This document shows, in pieces, positions 8,115-16,959 of a DNA stretch of 32,000 bases (position 1 is the first letter of the stretch; every line of letters starts with the position of its first letter). The DNA comes from Candidatus Kuenenia stuttgartensis (GTDB lineage: Bacteria; Planctomycetota; Brocadiia; Brocadiales; Brocadiaceae): the NCBI RefSeq assembly GCF_900232105.1, contig NZ_LT934425.1:2520001-2552000 (forward strand). Direction: 5' to 3'. A model generated the notes under the pieces. It had not been told where the DNA came from. It saw only the letters and a list, made by a program, of their open reading frames with translations, and searched no databases. The position numbers and the translations under genes were made by a program.

Positions 8115-8789
8115 GTGTATAAAGATTATTTGTCGCGTTTAGAAAATGGTGCGTTTCCGGATGTTTCTCCACAAATGAAACAAGGGGCGCTTTTTGTTCC
8201 GTATGTTGTGGAAAAAACGGGGCATGGAGAAAGACATTATGATATTTTCTCGCGGTTACTTAAAGATCGTATAATTTTTATCGGATCAGCCATCGAAGAT
8301 ACGTTAACAAATTTAGTTATAGCACAGATACTCTTTCTTCAGAATGAAAACAAAAATCAGGATATTAATATTTACATTAACTCGCCCGGAGGATCCATAA
8401 CTGCAGGTTTAGCCATTTACGACACGATGCAATTTGTACAATGCGATGTTGCTACTTTCTGTATTGGGCAGGCATACAGCATGGCTGCTATTCTCCTTGC
8501 AGGTGGCACAAAAAACAAAAGATTTGGTCTCCCCCATACACGTATCATGTTGCACCAACCTTGGGGAGGAATGCGGGGTACTGCGACTGACATTAGCATC
8601 CAGGCGGAAGAAATTCTGAAAATGAAAAAGTGTTTAAACGAAATCCTTGTAAAACATACAGGACAGCCTTTGGAACGTATAGAGGCAGATGTTGACCGCG
8701 ACTTTTACATGTCATCACATGATGCAAAAGAATATGGTTTGATTGATGAAGTAATTGAATCGCTACGAGATAAGAAGGAGAAGGAATAA
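8115..8789 (+). CDS. clpP: ATP-dependent Clp protease proteolytic subunit
   Basis: 224-aa ORF with a GTG start 6 nt after AAGGAG (8103-8108). Motifs are [25 protein letters not shown] (catalytic Ser), MLHQP (His) and the Asp region DRDFYMS. ATG at 8175 is an alternative start. Confidence 0.95.
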   Translation: MYKDYLSRLENGAFPDVSPQMKQGALFVPYVVEKTGHGERHYDIFSRLLKDRIIFIGSAIEDTLTNLVIAQILFLQNENKNQDINIYINSPGGSITAGLAIYDTMQFVQCDVATFCIGQAYSMAAILLAGGTKNKRFGLPHTRIMLHQPWGGMRGTATDISIQAEEILKMKKCLNEILVKHTGQPLERIEADVDRDFYMSSHDAKEYGLIDEVIESLRDKKEKE

Positions 8790-8869
8790 GTATTTTGCAA
8801 TGCAGAAATATTTTGACAAAACACAAGTATAGATCGTGACTTTTATTTTTAAGTTTTTTTAAAGGAGGA

Positions 8870-9208
8870 ATGTTGATGCATAGAGTGCAAAAACGCGTAA
8901 TGGTTGTTTTGTTAATGTTTGCAGTAGCCTTTATCGTAGGTCAGGGTAACGTTAGTTTTGCAAAGGCGAAGCTGCAAGGGCATGTAAATATTAATACGGC
9001 AACTGAGGCACAATTGGCAATGTTGCCGGGCATTGGTGAAAAACTGGCAAAAGAAATAGTTGCGCATAGAACAAAAATAGGACCTTTCAAAACAACCGGA
9101 GATATTATAAAAGTAAAAGGACTAAAAGATAAAAAGTTTGAAAAATTTAAAGATTTCATAGTTTTGGAAGGCGAAACAACGATAGAAGAGATAAAAGAGA
9201 AGAAGTGA
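8870..9208 (+). CDS. ComEA-like helix-hairpin-helix DNA-binding protein with N-terminal signal/anchor
   Basis: 112 aa with a hydrophobic N-terminus (VMVVLLMFAVAFIV). ININTATEAQLAMLPGIGEKLAKEIVAHR is the ComEA-type HhH motif. GGAGG lies upstream at 8863-8867. Confidence 0.75.
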   Translation: MLMHRVQKRVMVVLLMFAVAFIVGQGNVSFAKAKLQGHVNINTATEAQLAMLPGIGEKLAKEIVAHRTKIGPFKTTGDIIKVKGLKDKKFEKFKDFIVLEGETTIEEIKEKK

Positions 9209-9256
9209 TTGCCTTTTAAAGAATAAATACAATACGAATCTTAGATAGTAAGAAAA

Positions 9257-9293
9257 GAAGGGGCGTCCAAAACAGGCGTCCCTTCTTTGTTTT
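9257..9293 (+). terminator. rho-independent terminator after the ComEA-like gene
   Basis: An 11-bp stem GAAGGGGCGTC (9257-9267) / GGCGTCCCTTC (9275-9285), including two G:U pairs, has a 7-nt loop and is followed by TTTGTTTT. Confidence 0.7.
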
Positions 9294-9537
9294 AAAGTGT
9301 AAGGTTGTTGTAATTAACAAATAGTCGTAACTATTCAGCGTAATCTATTAAACTACCGAAGCACAACTCGTTCTCAAATCTTGTACTGAACATAGTGAAG
9401 TATATGATTGGGTACATAATGGCAATGGAAACTTCATTCGTTGGTTCAGGTTTGTAAACTGAACCAAACGTTTTATACTTTCAATCCCGCCTTCTATTAG
9501 CAGAACAAATTACAAATAAATTCCGGATTCCAACCAG

Positions 9538-9611
9538 TCATCATGTTTCATTTGCAACACCCGGAAACGATCAAAATGGTTTTATAACCATATCGTGTTG
9601 TAGTATCTGTG
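9538..9611 (+). repeat. 74-bp direct repeat, copy 1
   Basis: TCATCATGTTTCATTTGCAACACCCGGAAACGATCAAAATGGTTTTATAACCATATCGTGTTGTAGTATCTGTG matches 10030-10103 with 8 mismatches by my hand count. Confidence 0.85.
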
Positions 9612-9713
9612 CTTAAACTATTTTTTGTAGTCTTACTTTTGAGTCGGAAACATCCGGCATTTCCGTTTCTGTACCGGTTCAAATGTATAGGGCCATCCAA
9701 AGGGCCTCAGCTT

Positions 9714-10016
9714 GTCATTGCAGGTGTTATTTGCAAGGGTCTCGGCTTTGTCATTGCAGGGGGTCTCCGCTTGTCATTGCGAGGGTCTTTTCTGAAGCAA
9801 TCAGTATACTACGAGATATTTCGTGACGTAAGAAACGTCATATCCCGGGAGAAGCAAATTAAGGGTGGCTCAAGGGCTAAAAAAATAGAATTAATTAATG
9901 GAATGAATGCAGGATGGAAGGATCTCTATAAAGGTTTATGAGATTGCTTCGGAAAAGACCCTCGCAATGACAAAACGGATACCCTCGCAATGACAAGCTG
10001 ATGCCCTTGTAATGAC
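9714..10016. repeat. palindromic module with triplicated GTCATTGC(G/A)(A/G)G arms flanking a GIY-YIG remnant
   Basis: The left arm has GTCATTGC at 9714, 9750 and 9773 and ends GTCATTGCGAGGGTCTTTTCTGAAGCAATC (9773-9802). The right arm starts GATTGCTTCGGAAAAGACCCTCGCAATGAC (9942-9971), its reverse complement with 1 mismatch, then has GCAATGAC at 9987 and GTAATGAC at 10009. Confidence 0.85.
9800..9941 (+). pseudogene. C-terminal fragment of a small GIY-YIG nuclease-family protein
   Basis: ..SVYYEIFRDVRNVISREKQIKGGSRAKKIELINGMNAGWKDLYKGL* matches the C-terminal half of small GIY-YIG proteins (..YYE.F.....A..RE.QIKgwsR.KK..LI). The GIY and YIG motifs are missing. The upstream part of ORF 9609-9941 is only a translation of the repeat arms. 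Confidence 0.55.
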
Positions 10017-10029
10017 AAAATAAGTCACC

Positions 10030-10103
10030 TCATCATGTTGCATTTGCAATACCCAGAAACGATGAAAATGGTTTTATAACCATATCATATTGTGGTACCT
10101 GTG
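10030..10103 (+). repeat. 74-bp direct repeat, copy 2
   Basis: See 9538-9611. The orientation is the same, and the two copies bracket the palindromic module. Confidence 0.85.
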
Positions 10104-10175
10104 TTGGGATTTGGGCATTGGAATTTTACCGCAGTACATGGCCCCATTATACACATAAACTCATAGGCTCAGGCT

Positions 10176-10410
10176 GCAAGCCAATGTCATTAAGTTAAGC
10201 AACCTGCCTGAAGAGCCTAAAAAACAATGTAGCCCCTTTAGAGGCAGTCTGTTTGTAGCACAATAAAATTCAACAGGTAAATAGCTCCGTAGGAGCGGCC
10301 TGTATATGATTGACAGGAAGACCGGCCGCTCCTACGGAGCTTATCGGTAATACGTTTTTTTAAAAAACCAAAGTGTTACAATAATTCTTAACTTAATGAC
10401 ATTGGGTTGC
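10176..10410. repeat. 24-bp inverted repeat pair enclosing the long hairpin
   Basis: The reverse complement of GCAAGCCAATGTCATTAAGTTAAG (10176-10199) matches CTTAACTTAATGACATTGGGTTGC (10387-10410) with 1 mismatch. Weaker complementarity extends outward (GGCTCAGGCTGC / GCAACCTGAACC). Confidence 0.8.
10283..10341. repeat. 18-bp perfect stem hairpin with 23-nt loop
   Basis: AGCTCCGTAGGAGCGGCC (10283-10300) pairs perfectly with GGCCGCTCCTACGGAGCT (10324-10341). Confidence 0.9.
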
Positions 10411-10524
10411 AACCTGAACCCGCCGGGAGTCGTGTAATGTTTACGCTGAATAGTTACAAATAGTTTACAGAAGCGCTTTCTATGCTGATTATATCAATGT
10501 GTGTTTTTGGATCGCATGCGTGTC

Positions 10525-12249
10525 TTAATACTGCCTCTTTTTTGGTACAAATGGTCCTATATTTACCGGAGCATAATCAAGCCTGACTCCCTCTTCTGTA
10601 AAATAGGACAACGTATGTTTTAGCCAGTTTGTATCGTCTCTTCCGGGAAAATCCGTGCGAAAATGAGCTCCGCGGCTTTCTTCCCGTGCCAATGCGCCCA
10701 TTAGGCATGCTTCCGCTACATCTAAATTCCCCTTTAGCTCCAATGCCCAAACCAACCCTAAATTTACTCGCGATCCCGTATAATCTAATTTAATTTGTCG
10801 ATACCTTTCCTGTAATGCTTTTATTTCACATACTGCTACCCGCAAGTCAGGGGCATTGCGAAAAATTCCCACCTTAGCATCCATTATTTTATTTAGTTCA
10901 TTTTTAATTGTTACCGGTTTTTCGGCGCCTGTCGATTTACCAATCTTGTCGATGTTTCGTTTTGTTAGCTTTAAGACATCATTGAGGCGATTTTCACTTT
11001 TTTGCCTCTCTGAATTTTGCACGTATTTAGCGGCATTCCCTCCTGCGATTGCGCCAAACACAATAGTATCCAACAGAGAATTTCCACCCAATCTGTTAGC
11101 TCCATGGACACTTATGCAGGCGCTTTCTCCCGCAGCGTACAATCCCTTTATTTTCGTTTCACATTCGATATTGCAGTCAATCCCTCCCATAGTATAATGC
11201 TGACCCGGTTTAATTGGTATAAGGGAATCAACAGGATCTATACCGATAAATTCCATGCATATATCTCTTATGCCGGGTAATCTCTGTAAAATTTTCTCTC
11301 TTCCCAAATGTCTTAAATCCAAAAACACATAACTATCATCATAGCCATACCCCGCCATAATTTCTCTTACGATATTTCTTGCAATAATGTCCCTGGGCGC
11401 GATTTCCATATCTTTTCGGGAATCATCATATTTTTCAAGAAATCGCTCGCCTTTATTATTCAGCAAAAATCCACCTTCTCCACGACACCCTTCTGTGATT
11501 AAAATATTTTTCCCCAAAGTAGTTGTGGGATGAAATTGAATGAACTCCATGTCTTTCAATGGCACGCCAGCCCAATACGGGATTGCCATGCCCAGCCCTG
11601 TATTAATCAAAGCATTTGTTGTATTGCCATATATCCTACCGGACCCTCCCGTTGCAAAAATTACTGCTCCGGCCTGTAACGCCTCAATCTCCCCGCTAAT
11701 GATATCCATCACAATCACACCGACACAAACGCCTTCTTCGATTACCAGGTCTGTAACCAGCCATTCATCATACATCACCATTTCTTCCCGTTCTGATGCA
11801 TGTTTCAATTGAATGATTTGTTGATACAGGGTATGTAACAATGCATGTCCTGTCTTGTCTGAGGCATAGCAAGCCCTCGGGAATCCTGCTCCGCCAAAAG
11901 GCCTTTGTGCGATCCGCCCCTCCGCTGTCCTGCTGAAAGGACATCCCCAATGCTCCAACTCATAAATACGATCTGCCGCATCTTTTGTCATCCGTATTAC
12001 TGCATCCTGGTCCGCCAGATAATCACTCCCCTTTACGGTGTCAAATGCATGTTTTTCCCAGGTGTCATAAATCCCGCGGAAATGGTTTCCCAAAGGGGCG
12101 TTTATTCCCCCTTGTGCTGCGATAGAATGAGATCGCAGTGGATGTACCTTGGAAATTATTGCGATCTTAACGTTGTGGCGATTTATTTCAATGGCCGCCC
12201 TTAAGCCTGCTAATCCCCCGCCGACAACAATAACTTCATATCGTTTCAT
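10525..12249 (-). CDS. sdhA: succinate dehydrogenase / fumarate reductase flavoprotein subunit
   Basis: Motifs are VVGGGLAGLRAA (FAD fold), RSHSIAAQGGINA (covalent-FAD His), FHPT, CRGEGG and HGANRLGGNSLLD. I prefer the ATG at 12249 (MKRYEVIVVGGG); the ORF-track start at 12267 adds 6 residues. Confidence 0.9.
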   Translation of the reverse strand: MKRYEVIVVGGGLAGLRAAIEINRHNVKIAIISKVHPLRSHSIAAQGGINAPLGNHFRGIYDTWEKHAFDTVKGSDYLADQDAVIRMTKDAADRIYELEHWGCPFSRTAEGRIAQRPFGGAGFPRACYASDKTGHALLHTLYQQIIQLKHASEREEMVMYDEWLVTDLVIEEGVCVGVIVMDIISGEIEALQAGAVIFATGGSGRIYGNTTNALINTGLGMAIPYWAGVPLKDMEFIQFHPTTTLGKNILITEGCRGEGGFLLNNKGERFLEKYDDSRKDMEIAPRDIIARNIVREIMAGYGYDDSYVFLDLRHLGREKILQRLPGIRDICMEFIGIDPVDSLIPIKPGQHYTMGGIDCNIECETKIKGLYAAGESACISVHGANRLGGNSLLDTIVFGAIAGGNAAKYVQNSERQKSENRLNDVLKLTKRNIDKIGKSTGAEKPVTIKNELNKIMDAKVGIFRNAPDLRVAVCEIKALQERYRQIKLDYTGSRVNLGLVWALELKGNLDVAEACLMGALAREESRGAHFRTDFPGRDDTNWLKHTLSYFTEEGVRLDYAPVNIGPFVPKKRQY

Positions 12250-12348
12250 GGCAACCCCCCGCCCCAAAAAGGTGCGGCAATACTGTATTTAATTTCCCGC
12301 AACAATGTAGTTTTTTGAAAAGAAACATCTAATGCATTCGTTATGTAT

Positions 12349-12729
12349 TTACAGGACTACTGAATAAAAACCAATAACTGCTATTATAAAGAGAATGAAG
12401 ATGGCAAGTCTCAGCATTTGTTTCTGGCTGCGGGTAAACCCGCAAAAATCCATAATGGTAATCCTTATTCCATTAAGCAGGTGAAATGCTATTGTTAAAA
12501 GTAAAATATATTGAAAAATATAGCCAAAATCTGTGTCGAACTTACTAATTGTGTAATCATACGCATCTTTACCGCGAAAGACTGCGCTTAGTGTCCATAT
12601 GTGGAGAAATAAAAACAGTGTCAGCAATATGCCTGAAATACGATGTGCCCAAAAGGCAGCCATGCCAATGTTTTTATTTCTCCAAAGATCATAAAGGGTT
12701 TCTTTTAATTTTTGTGTAATCATCAACAA
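12349..12729 (-). CDS. SdhC-like membrane anchor / cytochrome b subunit of succinate dehydrogenase
   Basis: 126 aa with three hydrophobic helices. FWAHRISGILLTLFLFLH and HLLNGIR resemble SdhC heme-ligand regions. The gene lies directly upstream of sdhA on the same strand. Confidence 0.65.
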   Translation of the reverse strand: MLMITQKLKETLYDLWRNKNIGMAAFWAHRISGILLTLFLFLHIWTLSAVFRGKDAYDYTISKFDTDFGYIFQYILLLTIAFHLLNGIRITIMDFCGFTRSQKQMLRLAIFILFIIAVIGFYSVVL

Positions 12730-12915
12730 AACTCAAAAAACAGTGCAAATGCTACATGTCACGGTAATTCCATGTAATTGCATTATTTGTTAATTACCCT
12801 GAGCTGGCATAGCCAGAGACAAACAAGACAAGCACGAAAACAGTCCTCAATCTGCAATCTGCCGACTGCAGAAGTGACCCTTAATATTTTGTCAAAAAAT
12901 GCAAAGAAATTACTG

Positions 12916-13290
12916 CTAAGGTACTAATCCCTCAGCTTTTATTTTAGCAAACCAAATAAGTATATACACTCCTGTGCCAAATAAAACCATTCCCATAAAC
13001 CATAAGGCTTGTTTGAATAGACCACCAGACCTCCTTTTAAAGTTGTAATCTGCAAAAATCCCCCAGATTCCATTCAAACCATGGAAGATTACCAATGCAA
13101 GCAAACAAATGTTAAAGGCAATCCACCCAGGAGAACAAAAGCGATTGACAATCTCATCATAGTAGCGGGAAGTATAACGACTCGGACTAAAATGAAATAA
13201 AAAGAAATGCACCGATATGCCCAATACCAGCAACAAGGCAGTGACCCTTTGTAAAAACCATGATAAAAAGCCCTTATTTTCCGTATTCAT
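12916..13290 (-). CDS. SdhD-like small hydrophobic anchor subunit (putative)
   Basis: 124 aa with three hydrophobic helices and a His-containing motif VIFHGLNGIWG parallel to that in the neighbouring subunit. Same strand, 186 bp upstream of the SdhC-like gene. Confidence 0.55.
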   Translation of the reverse strand: MNTENKGFLSWFLQRVTALLLVLGISVHFFLFHFSPSRYTSRYYDEIVNRFCSPGWIAFNICLLALVIFHGLNGIWGIFADYNFKRRSGGLFKQALWFMGMVLFGTGVYILIWFAKIKAEGLVP

Positions 13291-13824
13291 TTAAACTAAT
13301 ATTCCTGATAAAGCAAAAGGTATGTAATTTTTCTTAAACGAAGAATAAGTCGTATTTATATACACAGTTTAAAAAGTAACGTTTTATAAACACGGATAAA
13401 CGAGATGAGCTTATGACATAACCATTGTATTATTGGATGGTTAACTACATTCTCTTGCCAAAGAATCATATGTGTGCCTTATTTGGCATGTACGTTGCGC
13501 ATTTAACAAATTAAACAATACTACAAAAACCATGCTTTAATTTTATAGAATATACCGGAGTCATCCATTATGAAAAACAGAATATTACGTTTTGCAAGTA
13601 AGGGGAGTTTTAGAGAAGTTTCAGTTAAGTTAAATCCATCAATTCAAAAAGATTTGGAATATGTAGTTAATTCTTTACATATTTTTGCCTTGCTAAAAAA
13701 AATGCCCACTCATCATAATCGAAACACACTCAATCTTTGAGGTACAAATTAATTTTGTATAGTAGATATTGGGCAGATAAACGTTAGCCTTGCACTAAAA
13801 TATTTTCCTTCAAAAAGATACTTT

Positions 13825-15240
13825 TCAGCAATACGGCATACTTTTCTGAAGTGTATGCAAGATCTCGTGACAGAAGTCGGTCAAGGTGTTATCCCTTGCG
13901 CCCATTACCAATATACAGTCCCCCTTTTCTACTGTTCTTACTATCTCCGGTATAATATCCCCTCTTTTTTCTACAAAGAATGCATTTCTGCCGCTTTTCC
14001 CTATTTCACGGATAAGGTCTGCAGAGGAAATCTCTTTGCTGACAGAACCGCCAATATAATAGATTTCAGGCATAAAAAGTACATCTTCAGGGGAAAGTGA
14101 TTGTATAAATGCATTTATCAGTTCCTCTCTCATAAAACGAGCGGGAAAGAATCCATGTGGCTGAAAAACTGCAATTACCCTGTTCCCTCCAATTTTTACT
14201 GCGCGTATTGCCGCTGCGATTTTTTCAGGATTATGGGCGAAATCGTCTATCACTTTTATGCCATTGTATTCCCCGATATTATCCATCCGCCGCTGTACGC
14301 CTTTATACTCATACAATGCGGCGGCAATTTCATTATCCTTTATGTTCATATGCCTTGCTACGGAAATTGCAGCCAATGCATTTGATACGTTATGAATTCC
14401 AGGCAGTTTTAATTCAAATGATTGTCCATTAATGTCAAATGTCGAGAGGCATGGTCTGTTTATTATGTTGGAAGCATAAATGTCTGCGGATTTTCTTAAG
14501 CCAAACGTTATGGTATTCTTGTGTCTGAAAGGTATTTTTTTTAGTTCCGGACAATCATCATTAATAATAAGCAAATCCCGGGTATTTTGAGAAAATGTTT
14601 CAAACAATTTTGAGATGCTTTCAATTGGTTTGTGGTCTTTTGACATATTTGTAATGATGGAGATTTTTGGTGTGTAATTGACGATACTCCCGTCGCTTTC
14701 ATCCGCCTCAATAGCAACAATATCAGAATCGCCTACCTTTGCATTGCCAGGAAAGTCAGGAGTAAGATAATTTTTAATACACCCGCCCACGATTATTGTG
14801 GGAGACATTCCCGCATGGTCGAGCACATAGCCCACCATACTGCTGACGGTGGTTTTACCGTTTGTTCCTCCAACGGCAATTCCAAATTTAGTATTAAACA
14901 TTTCAGCAAGAATGTTCGAGCGTGTTGTAATTTTTTTATTGAGGGAAAGCGCCTTCTTAATATCCGGATTTTGCTCCTCTATTGCGGAAGAAACAATTAC
15001 AACATCCGTTGTCTCTTTAATGCCTGAACCATCCTGGGGGGTCAGGTTGATGCCAAGGGAAGAGAGTTTTGAAAATATATTACCTGCAATTTGATTATCA
15101 AAATTCCTGTCAGAGCCGCTGACATGGTGTCCCATTTCTTTCAATACCTGTGCTATAGCACTCATTCCAATGCCGCCAATACCAACTAAGTGGTAGTAGC
15201 AAGGATTTTCGATAGGATTTTTCTTTAATGGATGTTTCAT
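13825..15240 (-). CDS. murC: UDP-N-acetylmuramate--L-alanine ligase (Mur ligase family, MurC-like)
   Basis: 471 aa. The N-terminus HLVGIGGIGMSAIAQVL is typical of MurC. The P-loop is GGTNGKTTVSSM. Also present are EADESDGS and the Mur ligase C-terminal domain DDFAHNPEKI. It stands alone rather than in a dcw cluster, so a paralogous Mpl-type role cannot be excluded. Confidence 0.8.
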   Translation of the reverse strand: MKHPLKKNPIENPCYYHLVGIGGIGMSAIAQVLKEMGHHVSGSDRNFDNQIAGNIFSKLSSLGINLTPQDGSGIKETTDVVIVSSAIEEQNPDIKKALSLNKKITTRSNILAEMFNTKFGIAVGGTNGKTTVSSMVGYVLDHAGMSPTIIVGGCIKNYLTPDFPGNAKVGDSDIVAIEADESDGSIVNYTPKISIITNMSKDHKPIESISKLFETFSQNTRDLLIINDDCPELKKIPFRHKNTITFGLRKSADIYASNIINRPCLSTFDINGQSFELKLPGIHNVSNALAAISVARHMNIKDNEIAAALYEYKGVQRRMDNIGEYNGIKVIDDFAHNPEKIAAAIRAVKIGGNRVIAVFQPHGFFPARFMREELINAFIQSLSPEDVLFMPEIYYIGGSVSKEISSADLIREIGKSGRNAFFVEKRGDIIPEIVRTVEKGDCILVMGARDNTLTDFCHEILHTLQKSMPYC

Positions 15241-15597
15241 GGGCGCATTAGAATATATCTTGCAATGTTTTGATAGTCAAAATATTTATTTTGTAAAGAG
15301 GTCTTTTTGCTTTATATTCGTTTCTTGACAACGGAAATGTATCCATTTAAAATAGAACTTTTTACAGATTTTCCTGCATTTCACTTAACGCTTAAACATT
15401 GTCTAATCGGGGTGTATCCTGACATAGTTGATGATAAAATGGGGAAAACAGGATAGCAAAAGTACAAATAATTTATACCAAAACCAAAGAGCCTTTTCCT
15501 GAAAATACCGTTTTTGTAAACTATTTTTAAAAGCCGTTTATGCAAACAATAAACCACCATGCCTGCAAAAATCATACAGGGAAAGGAGATGTGACCG

Positions 15598-15987
15598 TTG
15601 GCTCTATTGGGGAAACATATTATTCTGGAAATGAAGGGTTGCTGCAGAGACATTATTAACAATGTCTCCTCAGTGAAAAACATCCTTGAAAAGGCAACCG
15701 AGATTTCGAATGCAACATTGGTCGACGTGATATGCCATCATTTTAGCCCTTATGGTATTACCGGAGTTGCTATTCTGGCTGAATCACACATATCAATTCA
15801 CACATGGCCGGAGCACGAATATGCAGCGGTGGATATTTTTTTGTGCGGGAGCACTATGAATCCTCATAACGCGGCCTCGTACATTTCACAAGCATTTCAT
15901 GCAAAAGAAACCTTTACTATGGAATTAAGAAGAGGCGATTTTCTTCTCCATGAAGCCGAAAACAGTTTGCCGTCAATATACCCTTGA
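15598..15987 (+). CDS. speD: S-adenosylmethionine decarboxylase proenzyme (small bacterial class)
   Basis: TTG start 8 nt after AGGAGA. GKHIILEM.., the self-cleavage region AILAESHISIHTWPE and AAVDIFLCG are diagnostic. The gene is followed by speE. Confidence 0.85.
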   Translation: MALLGKHIILEMKGCCRDIINNVSSVKNILEKATEISNATLVDVICHHFSPYGITGVAILAESHISIHTWPEHEYAAVDIFLCGSTMNPHNAASYISQAFHAKETFTMELRRGDFLLHEAENSLPSIYP

Positions 15988-16017
15988 TCAATATCAATCT
16001 TTATTACAAAAATAACC

Positions 16018-16959
16018 ATGGAAAAATTACCCTTAAACTGGATAGATGATTATTTCAGCGACTATGAACTTCACAAACTGGCATTCAAAAACATTGTGTA
16101 CGAGGCAGAATCAAAACATCAAAAAATAATTGTTGTTGATACTTATAGCTTTGGCAAATGCCTTATACTTGACAATGAATTCCAGTCGGCTGAGTCAGAT
16201 GAGTATGTGTATCATGAATCCCTGGTGCAACCTTCCCTTATAATGCATCCGGAGGCGCAAAGCGTCCTTATTATTGGCGGAGGCGAGGGCGCAACCCTGA
16301 GAGAAACGCTTCGCCATAAATCGGTAAAAAAGGCGGTAATGGTTGACATCAATGACGAGGTAATCTCGTGTGCGAAAAAAAGCCTCCCCTCATTTCATGA
16401 AGGGGCTTTTGATGATGAACGAACCTCGCTTGTTATTGAAGACGGGAGGAAATATCTGGAGAATACAGATCAACAGTTTGATGTTATTATTATTGATGTA
16501 AATGACCCTGTTGGCGGCAGCCCTTCTGCCATGCTTTTTACGAGGGAATTTTATCAGATCGCCGCAGGCAGGCTAAAGAAGGACGGCATTGTTGTTGTTC
16601 AGTCCGGCGCGGTTTCTGTTACGGATAATGACCTGTTTTCCGGTATATTCCATACGCTAAACGATGTATTCCCGCACGTATTTCCATACACCACCTACAT
16701 ACCGTCGTATGCATGTCTGTGGGGTTTTACCATAGCAACGCACAATCTGGGGGATTTAGACATCACCGGAGAAGAAATCGATTTCAGAATCGGGAATCGG
16801 GTTAATTCAGCATTGCGCTATTATGACAGCATTACCCATCATTCGCTTTTCAACTTGCCAAAATATTTGCGTGAAGAGTTAAAGAAAAGCAAACACATCA
16901 TACGTGACAATGCACCTCTCATTAAACAATACCCCGGCGTTTCATCGGAAAAGATTTAG
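16018..16959 (+). CDS. speE: spermidine synthase (polyamine aminopropyltransferase)
   Basis: 313 aa with QKIIVVDT..GKCLILDN..Q..E.DEYVYHE, LIIGGGEGATLRE, VDINDEVI and IIIDVNDP. Confidence 0.9.
   Translation: MEKLPLNWIDDYFSDYELHKLAFKNIVYEAESKHQKIIVVDTYSFGKCLILDNEFQSAESDEYVYHESLVQPSLIMHPEAQSVLIIGGGEGATLRETLRHKSVKKAVMVDINDEVISCAKKSLPSFHEGAFDDERTSLVIEDGRKYLENTDQQFDVIIIDVNDPVGGSPSAMLFTREFYQIAAGRLKKDGIVVVQSGAVSVTDNDLFSGIFHTLNDVFPHVFPYTTYIPSYACLWGFTIATHNLGDLDITGEEIDFRIGNRVNSALRYYDSITHHSLFNLPKYLREELKKSKHIIRDNAPLIKQYPGVSSEKI

Larger units (their letters stand above)
9327..10457. mobile_element. 1.13-kb non-autonomous composite repeat element (MITE-like) bounded by 17-bp perfect inverted repeats
   Basis: GTAACTATTCAGCGTAA (9327-9343) is the exact reverse complement of TTACGCTGAATAGTTAC (10441-10457). 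AAATAGT occurs directly outside both ends (9319-9325, offset by one base, and 10458-10464), a possible target-site duplication. The interior holds only repeats and a GIY-YIG gene fragment. Confidence 0.5.

Noticed and set aside
9609-9941. A 110-aa ORF that could be called an intact gene.
   Set aside because: Its first 60 or so residues are simply the translation of the GTCATTGC repeat arms and the end of the 74-bp repeat. Only the last 47 or so residues resemble a GIY-YIG protein, and the catalytic N-terminal motifs are absent.
13570-13740. A 56-aa ORF (MKNRILRFASKGSF..) in the sdh-murC intergenic region.
   Set aside because: No convincing RBS and no recognisable family. I did not report it as a feature, although a small protein cannot be excluded.
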